A program made the position numbers and the translations under genes. Under the pieces are notes generated by a model. It saw only the letters and a program-made list of their open reading frames with translations. It ran no database searches and was not told the DNA's origin. Of a stretch of 21,327 nucleotides of DNA, positions 14,901-21,327 are shown piece by piece. How positions within the stretch are numbered: the stretch's first letter is position 1; each line of letters begins with the position of its first letter. The DNA is from Anaerolineae bacterium (GTDB lineage Bacteria; Chloroflexota; Anaerolineae; S140-20): assembly GCA_027021705.1 (NCBI GenBank), contig JALUTT010000179.1:1-21327 (forward strand), in the 5' to 3' direction.

Positions 14901-17405
14901 GACCTGGTTGGGCTTGGCGAACTTCGGAGCCGACTTGCTCACCCACACGTCGGGCCTGGGCGGCGTGTAAGTGACCGTCGTGGTCACCGGCCCGGCCACG
15001 TTGTCGGTGATGACCGGATCGTAGGCGTCCAGGACCTCCAGTGAGGCGGTGTCGGTGATCACCCAGGAGACCGTCTGGGTGAGCGGCGATTGCAGCGTCA
15101 GCGTCAGCCCCCACCCGTTCAGCGTGCCGGTGTCCGCCGAAGCACCGTCGCAGACCCGCAGCGTCCAGTTGCCGTTGGGGTCCTTGCCGTCGAAGGCGCT
15201 GAGGGAACCCTCCGGCTTGTAGCGCCCGGTGAAGGGGGCAGACCCGGCGGTGATGGCGGTCGAGGCCTCGTCGTCGAAGACGGTGTTGACGTAGTTAGCG
15301 CCGCTGCCGCCGTTGCCGGTGGAGAGGTCCACTTGCGTGCCGTCCGGCCCCTTCACGTAGATGTTCAGGTCACTGTCGTAAGTGTGGGTGATGCTCTTGA
15401 CGAAGACATCCACGTCCGCGATGGTGCCGGACCCGTTCACGGCGATGGTGTGCTCGGCGTAGCTGTTGCTGCCACACCCGTTGTCGGGGATGGCGATGTT
15501 CAGGTTGTCGGCGGAGGCGAAGCCCTGGGTGCTCTGCTGGGTGGGGATGGCCGGCGTGACCACCACGGTGGCGACGTAGGCGGTATCGGTGGGCACGTTC
15601 TGGTAAGTGCAGGTGACCACGCTGCTCCCCGCCTGGCAGGAGACGTTGGCGTTGCCGCCGATGCCCTGCACCCCTGCCAGCGGGTAGGGCGAAGTGATGA
15701 CGTCCACCACCCGCACGTCGGGCCGCCAGACGGACGTGGTGGCGTTGGAGACGGTGAGCACGTAGGAGATGGGCTGCCCGGCCTGGGCGGTGCCGCTCCC
15801 CTGGCGGGCCTTGGTCAGGGAGACGGTGGCGGTGTAGGGCCACTCGTCGGCGCCGATGTCGGTGGCCGGTCCCATCAGGCGGGGCTGATCGTCCACGTCG
15901 GCGTAGTCGAAGCCGCTCCCGGTGCCGGCGTCCCTGGCCGGGGAGTTGGCGGCGATGTGGTAGCCGTCGGCCAGGAAGAGGGGCTCGGAGTAGTACATCC
16001 CCGCCCCCAGCGTCACGTTGCCCGAAACGTTGGTGGTGTTGCTCAGGATGGTGTGGTACACGTAAGCCGCGCTGTTGGAGGTGGCCTCCACCCCCAGGGC
16101 GTGGCTGTAGACGATGGTGTTGGTGATGTAGGCGGTGGCGGGACAGTTGGTGTTGGACGGGGCCGGAACGTTCACGGCGGTCACGTTCCCGTTGCGGGCC
16201 ACCGTGTTGTGGACGAAGCGGTAGGTGCGGGCATCATTGGTGCCGCAGTTGGCGTTGGTGTCCGGATTCAGCCGCACGGCGTCGTAGCCGGCGCCGGGCT
16301 GGTTGTCGGCGATGAGGTTGTTCTCGAAGACGACGTTGCCCCCGGCGTAGACGGCGTAAGCGCCGGTGTTGCCGGTGATGACGTTGCCCCGCACGGTGAG
16401 GGAGCCCCTCGCCACCAGGCCGCCGGCGGCAAAGGAACAGGAGCCACAGGTATGGGAGTTGCCGGTGATGACGTTGCCGCTCACCAGGCCGCTGCCGGAA
16501 GTGCGGATCTCGACGTACAGCCCGCCGGCGGTCTCATACGGCCCGGAACTGTTCCCCCACACCTGGTTGTCGTTGACGGTGGGGGAGTTACAACTCACGT
16601 AGAGGCCGCCGGTACCGGAGTTCTGGGCCACGACGTTGCCGGTCACCGTGCAGGAAGAAAGGCTTACCAGCTGTACTCCGCCACCGTAGGCCTGACCGCC
16701 GCCGCTGGCGGTGTTGCCGGTGATGACGTTGTTAATGAGGATAGCGTTGGGATCGTTGTAGGCGAAGACGCCGCCACCGCCATACGTCCCGCTGGCGGTA
16801 TTGTTGACGATGCGGCAATTCTCGATGCGGATGGTGTAGCCGCTGTTGAGTTTGGCGTAGATGCCGCCGCCCTCGTTGGGGGCGTTGTTGTCGTGGATGT
16901 AGCAGTTGCGGATGGTGGCGTTGATGTCGCAAGCCTGGTCGAATTGGCCACAGATCTGGATGCCGCCCTGCCCGTTGGTGATCTCCAGGTTCTCGATGGT
17001 GAGGTCAATGCCCGAGGTGGTGGCGGCAATTACCCGCCCCGCCCCGCCGCCGTTGAGGACGGTGGGGTAGGAAATGGGGTTGGAGACGGTCCAGTCGGTG
17101 GTGGTGTAGCCGCCCCGCAGGGTGAGGGTCTTGCTGATGATCACGTTCTCGTTGTAGGTGCCGGTGGCGATGCGGATCTCGTCGCCGCCGTTGGCGGCGT
17201 CCACCGCCGCCTGCACGCTGCTGTAACAGGGCGTCGCCGAGCCGCAGGCCCCGCCGGGGGCCACGTAGCGGACGGTGCCGCCGCCCTGAGCCTGGGCGAT
17301 GGGCACCTCTAGGCTCCAACCGGCCAGAAGCCCCATCAGCCCGATCAGGGCCACCAGGGCCAAGAGCAAAGCCAGAGAGATTCTGAACAGCCTGTGAGCA
17401 CTCAT
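11994..17405 (-). CDS. Large secreted/surface protein, 1803 aa: signal peptide, right-handed beta-helix, DUF11/Ig-like repeats, proprotein convertase P-domain, cupredoxin-like tail, C-terminal YLP motif
   Basis: SD TAAGGAGGA. Signal peptide ending in AQA. Beta-helix repeats (GGGIY, NVITGN) ending in YHIAANSPARDAG...DIGADE. DUF11-type repeats (VSKS...ITYSVRWGNQG...VVLTDVLP...ITNTA). P-domain (ITHTYDSDL...GNWTLRVCD...GTLNGWGL). Ends in VYLPVVLKNR. Confidence 0.92.
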   Translation of the reverse strand: MSAHRLFRISLALLLALVALIGLMGLLAGWSLEVPIAQAQGGGTVRYVAPGGACGSATPCYSSVQAAVDAANGGDEIRIATGTYNENVIISKTLTLRGGYTTTDWTVSNPISYPTVLNGGGAGRVIAATTSGIDLTIENLEITNGQGGIQICGQFDQACDINATIRNCYIHDNNAPNEGGGIYAKLNSGYTIRIENCRIVNNTASGTYGGGGVFAYNDPNAILINNVITGNTASGGGQAYGGGVQLVSLSSCTVTGNVVAQNSGTGGLYVSCNSPTVNDNQVWGNSSGPYETAGGLYVEIRTSGSGLVSGNVITGNSHTCGSCSFAAGGLVARGSLTVRGNVITGNTGAYAVYAGGNVVFENNLIADNQPGAGYDAVRLNPDTNANCGTNDARTYRFVHNTVARNGNVTAVNVPAPSNTNCPATAYITNTIVYSHALGVEATSNSAAYVYHTILSNTTNVSGNVTLGAGMYYSEPLFLADGYHIAANSPARDAGTGSGFDYADVDDQPRLMGPATDIGADEWPYTATVSLTKARQGSGTAQAGQPISYVLTVSNATTSVWRPDVRVVDVITSPYPLAGVQGIGGNANVSCQAGSSVVTCTYQNVPTDTAYVATVVVTPAIPTQQSTQGFASADNLNIAIPDNGCGSNSYAEHTIAVNGSGTIADVDVFVKSITHTYDSDLNIYVKGPDGTQVDLSTGNGGSGANYVNTVFDDEASTAITAGSAPFTGRYKPEGSLSAFDGKDPNGNWTLRVCDGASADTGTLNGWGLTLTLQSPLTQTVSWVITDTASLEVLDAYDPVITDNVAGPVTTTVTYTPPRPDVWVSKSAPKFAKPNQVITYSVRWGNQGSADAENVVLTDVLPAEVTFGAADGNPTRNGRHLTWTLGTVSAGASGTYVITVTTNSGLQDGTVITNTAGIATSTDGDSAVNNTDVVTTTIYQLGGVNIVLNKQATPQATPYSGQSLPNEIVYTVTVANTGQVDANVTMEDPIPQGTQYVANSAKVLQGGGTVRYDSSGKVIWEGVVPIGQSAMIEFRVLVVSCEGVECGRIRNTATAVVQGVSYQWTAQAETIVKCPDLRIEAQIPKNVIFRPVGYHEYEVVVSYDNRGDFKAPGTRIVANLQNANSKFVSANPLPSQKPNDRQWHWDVGDLDPLSGNQLRILVRATKWDNNGYPISIGIDTAPEWYECQSKQNDNSAVGTTYPARVTLDKKGRIWYNPNGKDGPTLGVEWIIYGRYDNAHPDKPPMDKMRVRDDWPITFTLRRAEWNWGWRGYFLVPMSPQSLRASSITTTYAWENSYAIVEGSQVYGRLNGDAPAYSLQLQEVANVAKVTGTIKSGNEVLGVISEGPVTSTVKVPLLAPRFIQPERGQVCPGPVPVKVQAQPGLTVEVKSGSLGLLAQGKTDQNGLFEATIQMPQDKVTFIYAMVYPPDRSEVKSSDLIKLDSRNVQWNPQTSEWVGTVKDGALKGQFRRFKFRDKNGEYSTKDWQMPGVYGFWDTMVYITPCGCPAGQRQEIVIEADGVEYKGQYIESLKQFRVDVTGSAHDVKIKSRCVDEQTGQVMSEQINGGQVLIDPDGFVFNVDKGGGYDPNTGMFSPVEAISGVTVTAYVSVPEWGGWVPWPAHLYGQVNPQNTNATYSDGITTTGYFAFFTPPGYYYLEVEGIPGYQRWRSPVIQVITQIVHVNVPYTPWPDAAAVTVTLTPDGPDPAVVTVSVGSAVQWVSLVRDTDTITDVVRWTDNPILRVLSTLDPLQDTRGFDAGYLEPGTGYRRRFTTPGEYTYTDAAGHTGKVVVTGGVKVYLPVVLKNR

Positions 17406-17512
17406 ACTCTGTCCTCCTTATTCATCTTCTCCAGAAGCCGTTACAGGTTCGGTTTCAGGGATGCCGACGAAGGCTCAACGAACAAACCCGGCACACAACG
17501 CCACGGCCGTCA

Positions 17513-17743
17513 CTACGCCCTCTCGGAGCCCGTGGGGAGATCGGGCGCGTTGACCGGTCCGGAGATCTGCTCCTGCAGAAAGGCGACCATCTCTTCCAAA
17601 GTGGCAAATCCCCGGCGCTCTTGGGTGTGGAGGTCCTCCAGGCTGAAGCGCCATACTCCACCGTCACCGGTGTGCTGACTCCGCTCCTCCCAGAAACGCA
17701 GCAGATAAGCCCGATAGCGGGGTGGATGCTCGAAGACGGACAT
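17513..17743 (-). CDS. Small hypothetical protein, 76 aa
   Basis: ATG at 17743 after AAGAGGGCGAGG. The sequence YRAYLLRFWEE...WRFSLEDLHTQERRGFATLEEMVAFL looks like a compact folded domain and resembles small proteins I recall next to BTAD regulators in Chloroflexota (from memory, not searched). Co-oriented upstream of the large gene. Confidence 0.75.
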   Translation of the reverse strand: MSVFEHPPRYRAYLLRFWEERSQHTGDGGVWRFSLEDLHTQERRGFATLEEMVAFLQEQISGPVNAPDLPTGSERA

Positions 17744-17883
17744 GCCTCGCCCTCTTGGCCCTTTGCCCCCCCACGCTGGTTGTCCGGTATGCCCCACGGG
17801 TAGCGCGGGTTCCCATACCCGCTACGGCTCCTGGCGGCTGAGGAAAGCCGCCTTACCATCCTTGGTCCCTTGCCCCCCACCGG

Positions 17884-17915
17884 TTGTGATCGGACCAGAC
17901 TGTGCTATAATTGTA
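17884..17915. promoter_or_regulatory. Overlapping divergent promoters
   Basis: Plus strand: TTGTGA (17884-17889), 16 nt, then TATAAT (17906-17911) with an extended TG at 17903-17904. Minus strand: TACAAT (17915-17910) with no recognisable -35. Confidence 0.65.
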
Positions 17916-17924
17916 ACGGGGGGG

Positions 17925-17944
17925 CGTGAATCGTCCGTGAATCG
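17925..17944. promoter_or_regulatory. Perfect 9-bp direct repeat with 11-bp period, candidate SARP box
   Basis: CGTGAATCG (17925-17933), TC, CGTGAATCG (17936-17944). It lies 9 nt upstream of the minus-strand TACAAT. Confidence 0.65.
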
Positions 17945-17956
17945 GGGGGATAGAGG

Positions 17957-20900
17957 ATGACTACCGAGCTCCGCCTGGCATTGTTGGGAGGACTGCAGAT
18001 CTTCCAGGGGGATGCCCCCGTTGAGGACCCCCCACCCGCCAAAGCCCAAGCCCTGCTCTGCTATCTGGCGATCACCGGACGCCCCCATTTCCGCCCGGCG
18101 CTGGCCGGGCTGCTCTGGGGCGAGAAGCCCGAAGCCAACGCCCTGATGAGCCTCCGCCAAGCCCTGGCTGCTTTGCGGCGCCGCTTCGCTCCCCACCTGA
18201 TCATCACCCGCCAGACCGTCGCCTTCAACCGTGAGGCCCCCTACTGGCTGGACGTAGAGGAGTTCGAGCGGCTGATAGACCCCAGGGGCACGAGAAGGCC
18301 AGACTGGAGGGCGATCCAATGGGGATGGGATCCGCAGGATGAAGGCCCCCAACTCCCCCCTGCCCGGCTCTCAGCCCTGCGCCAGGCGGTCGAGCTGTAT
18401 CGGGGCGACTTCCTGGAAGGCTTCCACGTGCGGGAGGCGCCGGCCTTCGAGGAGTGGCTGGTGATCGAACGGGAACGCCTACAGAGCTACGCTCGGTTGG
18501 CCTTGCACGCCCTCGCCGCCCACCACACCTCTCAGGGGGAGTACGCCGCTGCCCTCCACTACACCACCCGCCTGCTGGCCCTGGACCCCTGGCGGGAGGA
18601 AGTGCACCGCCAGAGGATGTGGCTCCTGGCCCATACCGGTCAGCTCAGTGCCGCCCTGGCCCAGTACGAAACCTGCCGCCGCATCCTGGCCAAAGACCTG
18701 GGCGTGGAGCCCTCGGCCGAGACCGTGGCCCTGTACGAACGCATTCGGACGGCCCGCTCGGTCCGGTTTGACAACCTGCCCCCTCAGCCCACCCCCTTCG
18801 TGGGCCGCCAGCGAGAGATGGCGGAGCTCCAGCGGCTCCTGGCCGATCCGGCCTGTCGTCTGCTGACTTTGGTCGGCCCCGGCGGGATCGGCAAAACCCG
18901 CTTGGCCCTCCAGATCGCGGCCCGGAATCGCCGGCGTTTCCTCCACGGCATCTGCTTCGTGCCGCTGGCCTCCGTCCCCTCGGATACCTTTCTGGTCTCC
19001 GCCATCGCCGAGGCCCTGGGCTTCTCCTTCCGCGGCCCGGAATCCCCTAAAGCCCAGCTTCTGAACCACCTGCGGGAGAAGGAGGTGCTGCTGGTGCTGG
19101 ACGGCTTCGAGCACCTGCTGGACGGCGCCCCTCTCCTGGCCGAGATCCTCCAGGCGGCGCCGGCGGTGAAGCTCCTGGTCACCTCCCAGGCCCACCTGCG
19201 CTTGCGTTGGGAGTGCCTCTTTGAAGTAGAGGGGATGCAGGTCCCGGAGCGCGTTGAAGACCCCGACCTGGAGAGCTATGACGCCATCCGGCTTTTCCTA
19301 CAGATCGCCCGACGTCTCCACCCTAACTTTTCCCTGGAAGGCGAGCGGGAGGCCGTGGTCACCATCTGCCGTCTGGTCCAAGGAATGCCCCTGGGGATCG
19401 AGATGGCCGCCGCGTGGGTGCGGGAGCTCTCCTGTGCCGCCATCGCCCGCGAGATCGAGCACAACCTAGGGGCCCTGTCTACCGCCTTGCAGGACGTGCC
19501 CCCTCGGCACCGCAGCCTGCGGGCGACCTTCGACCACGCCTGGACGCTCCTCTCCGACGAAGAGCGGCGGGCCTTCCGGCGGCTCTCCGTCTTTCGCGGG
19601 GGGTTCCGGCGGGAAGCCGCCGAGCGCGTCACCGGGGTCCCTGCCCGCCTGCTCACCGCCTTGGAGCGCCGATCGCTCCTGCGGCGGAGTGTTTCGGGAC
19701 GCTATGAGATGCATGCATTGCTGCGGCAGTTCGCCGAAGAGAAGCTCCAGGAGGCTCCCGACGAACGAGACCGGCTCCGGGACCGCCACTGCACTTACTA
19801 CGCCGACCTGCTCTACCGCGCCGAGGCCCGGGCGAGGATGGGAAGGCCCGAAGAAACGCTGGCCCAGGTCCGAGGGGAGATCGAGAACGTGCGGGCGAGC
19901 TGGGCCTGGGCCGTAGAACAGGGGCGGGTTGACGCCATCGGCAAGGCACTGAGCGCCCTCTGCCGCCTCTACGAGGTGCGGGGTCTCTTCCGGGAAGGTG
20001 AGGCGATGTTCAGGGAAGCTCGGAAGCGGTTGCAGGCCATCGGCGGCCCGGAAGCCGAGGGCGTGGTCGGTCGTCTCCTGGTGCGGGAGGGCTTCTTCGC
20101 CCGCTTCTTGGGCGACCAAGAGAGGGCATGGGCGCTCACGATGGCGGGGCTGGAGATCGTCCGCCGGAGAAGTGATCGGATGGAGATCGCTCTGGCGATG
20201 AACAACTTGGGCATCCTGGCCGGGCTACGGGGTGACTACGAAGAGGCAAGACGGTTCTTCTCGGAGAGCTTGGCCCATTACAGAGCAGCGGGGGCTCGCA
20301 GTCAGGAGGCTGTCGTCCTCAACAACCTGAGCATCACGGAGAGGCAGGTGGGGGCCTACGAGGCCGCGAGGCGGTTCGGCCAGGAGAGCTTGGAGATCAG
20401 CCGGGCCATCGGGGCGCGGCGGGCGGAGGCCCGGGCCTTACAGAACCTGGGGCTGATCGCCTACTGCCGAAAGGACTACAACGAGGCGAAACGGCTCCAT
20501 CGGGAGAGCCTGACCATCCTCCGCGAGGAAGGGGACCGGTGGGGGGAGGCCCTCGCCTTGGGCAACCTTGGGGAGGCGGCCCGTCACCTGGGAGAGCATG
20601 CCGAGGCGAAGCGTTGCCACGAGGAGAGCCTGGCCCTGCGCCGGGAGATCGGAGACCGCGGGGGGATCGCCATCGCCCTCAGCAGCTTGGGAAGCGTTGC
20701 CCTCGCTCTGGACCGGCCCAGAGAGGCGAAGCAGTACTTCAGACAGGCTCTACAGATCGCACTGGAGCTCTCGTCGCTTCCCCTCGCCCTGGACATCCTG
20801 GTCGAGTTCTCAGAAGTCCTGGCGAGGGAAGGGGAGATCGAAAAGGCCCTGGAGCTCCTGGCCCTCCCCCTGGCTCATCCGGCAACGGAGGCGTGGGTGC

Positions 20901-21031
20901 GGGAGAGAGCTGATGCCCTCTTCCGCGAGCTTTCCTCGCAACTGCCGCCGGCCACGGTCGCTGCGTTGAAGGAACGTGGGAGGGCGAGGTCCCTTGAGGA
21001 GGTCGTCCGAGACCTAGGAGGAAGCGGGTGA
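17957..21031 (+). CDS. AfsR/SARP-family transcriptional regulator: wHTH + BTAD + STAND (NB-ARC-like) ATPase + TPR repeats, 1024 aa
   Basis: LRLALLGGL...KAQALLCYLA...LAGLLW (wHTH). AVELYRGDFLEGF...FEEWL..ERERL and LDPWREEVHRQRM (BTAD). NLPPQPTPFVGR, Walker A GPGGIGKT, Walker B LLVLDG, GMPLGIE, MHALL. Several TPRs (MNNLG, LNNLS, LQNLG, LGNLG, LSSLG). Confidence 0.95.
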   Translation: MTTELRLALLGGLQIFQGDAPVEDPPPAKAQALLCYLAITGRPHFRPALAGLLWGEKPEANALMSLRQALAALRRRFAPHLIITRQTVAFNREAPYWLDVEEFERLIDPRGTRRPDWRAIQWGWDPQDEGPQLPPARLSALRQAVELYRGDFLEGFHVREAPAFEEWLVIERERLQSYARLALHALAAHHTSQGEYAAALHYTTRLLALDPWREEVHRQRMWLLAHTGQLSAALAQYETCRRILAKDLGVEPSAETVALYERIRTARSVRFDNLPPQPTPFVGRQREMAELQRLLADPACRLLTLVGPGGIGKTRLALQIAARNRRRFLHGICFVPLASVPSDTFLVSAIAEALGFSFRGPESPKAQLLNHLREKEVLLVLDGFEHLLDGAPLLAEILQAAPAVKLLVTSQAHLRLRWECLFEVEGMQVPERVEDPDLESYDAIRLFLQIARRLHPNFSLEGEREAVVTICRLVQGMPLGIEMAAAWVRELSCAAIAREIEHNLGALSTALQDVPPRHRSLRATFDHAWTLLSDEERRAFRRLSVFRGGFRREAAERVTGVPARLLTALERRSLLRRSVSGRYEMHALLRQFAEEKLQEAPDERDRLRDRHCTYYADLLYRAEARARMGRPEETLAQVRGEIENVRASWAWAVEQGRVDAIGKALSALCRLYEVRGLFREGEAMFREARKRLQAIGGPEAEGVVGRLLVREGFFARFLGDQERAWALTMAGLEIVRRRSDRMEIALAMNNLGILAGLRGDYEEARRFFSESLAHYRAAGARSQEAVVLNNLSITERQVGAYEAARRFGQESLEISRAIGARRAEARALQNLGLIAYCRKDYNEAKRLHRESLTILREEGDRWGEALALGNLGEAARHLGEHAEAKRCHEESLALRREIGDRGGIAIALSSLGSVALALDRPREAKQYFRQALQIALELSSLPLALDILVEFSEVLAREGEIEKALELLALPLAHPATEAWVRERADALFRELSSQLPPATVAALKERGRARSLEEVVRDLGGSG

Positions 21032-21054
21032 GAAAGCCGGAAAGGATACGGAAG

Positions 21055-21165
21055 AAGGCCACGGATGTCCACGGATGCAACGGATCAACACCGCTTTCAT
21101 CTGCGTTCTGTTGCAAGGCCACGGATGCCCACAGATACGACGGATAAACACCGTGCTCATCCGCG
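21055..21165. repeat. Two imperfect tandem units (60-bp period), each with three ACGGAT-like subunits
   Basis: AAGGCCACGGATGTCCACGGATGCAACGGATCAACACCG at 21055 and AAGGCCACGGATGCCCACAGATACGACGGATAAACACCG at 21115. Confidence 0.85.
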
Positions 21166-21327
21166 CGCATCCGTCCCACCCGTGTTCATCCGCATCCCAT
21201 CCCTTCCTCACCCCCATCCGCGCCCATCCGTCCCATCCGCGTTCATCCGCGTCCCACCCCTCCTTCCCCCCATCCGTGCCCATCCGTCCCATCCGCGTTC
21301 ATCCGCGTCCCATCCCTTCCTCACCCC
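21158..21327. repeat. Three imperfect tandem units (56-57 bp) built from CATCCG subunits; runs to the window edge
   Basis: Units start at 21158, 21215 and 21271. Consensus CATCCGCGCCCATCCGTCCCATCCGCGTTCATCCGCGTCCCATCCCTTCCTCACCCC. Confidence 0.9.

Noticed and set aside
15090..17312. 740-aa plus-strand ORF, and other long antisense or alternate-frame ORFs such as 1566-2672, 8133-9764, 8228-9451, 10093-11904 and 14127-15044
   Set aside because: They overlap well-supported genes, lack recognisable motifs, and are the expected shadow ORFs of high-GC3 coding DNA.
21055..21327. CRISPR array
   Set aside because: The units are degenerate tandem copies with no unique spacers, and no cas genes are in view.

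Overview
GC-rich bacterial DNA, most likely Chloroflexota (Anaerolineae-like). This is inferred from the C-terminal 'VYLPVVLK' tail of the large exported protein and from the gene content. There are three blocks. (1) 649-8043 (+): a small-GTPase signalling cluster with one MglA GTPase and five Roadblock/LC7 domains (pseudo-receiver-Roadblock, receiver-Roadblock, MglB, stand-alone Roadblock, DUF4388/PATAN-Roadblock). It continues with a V4R-like three-Cys protein, a glutamine-synthetase-fold putative amidoligase and a stand-alone class II glutamine amidotransferase. (2) 8247-11881 (+): a CpaA/YjbQ-like cation:H+ antiporter with RCK domains, a second cation:H+ antiporter and a CX5R dual-specificity phosphatase, ending at an intrinsic terminator. 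(3) 11994-21031: an 1803-aa secreted multidomain surface protein and a 76-aa protein on the minus strand, divergent from an AfsR-like SARP/BTAD-STAND ATPase-TPR regulator. Their shared intergenic region has overlapping -10 elements and a perfect 9-bp direct repeat with 11-bp period. The window ends in nested CGGATG/CATCCG repeats. The best candidate for an undescribed system is the MglA/multi-Roadblock/V4R module linked to the amidoligase-amidotransferase pair. All domain calls come from motif recognition by eye; no searches were run.
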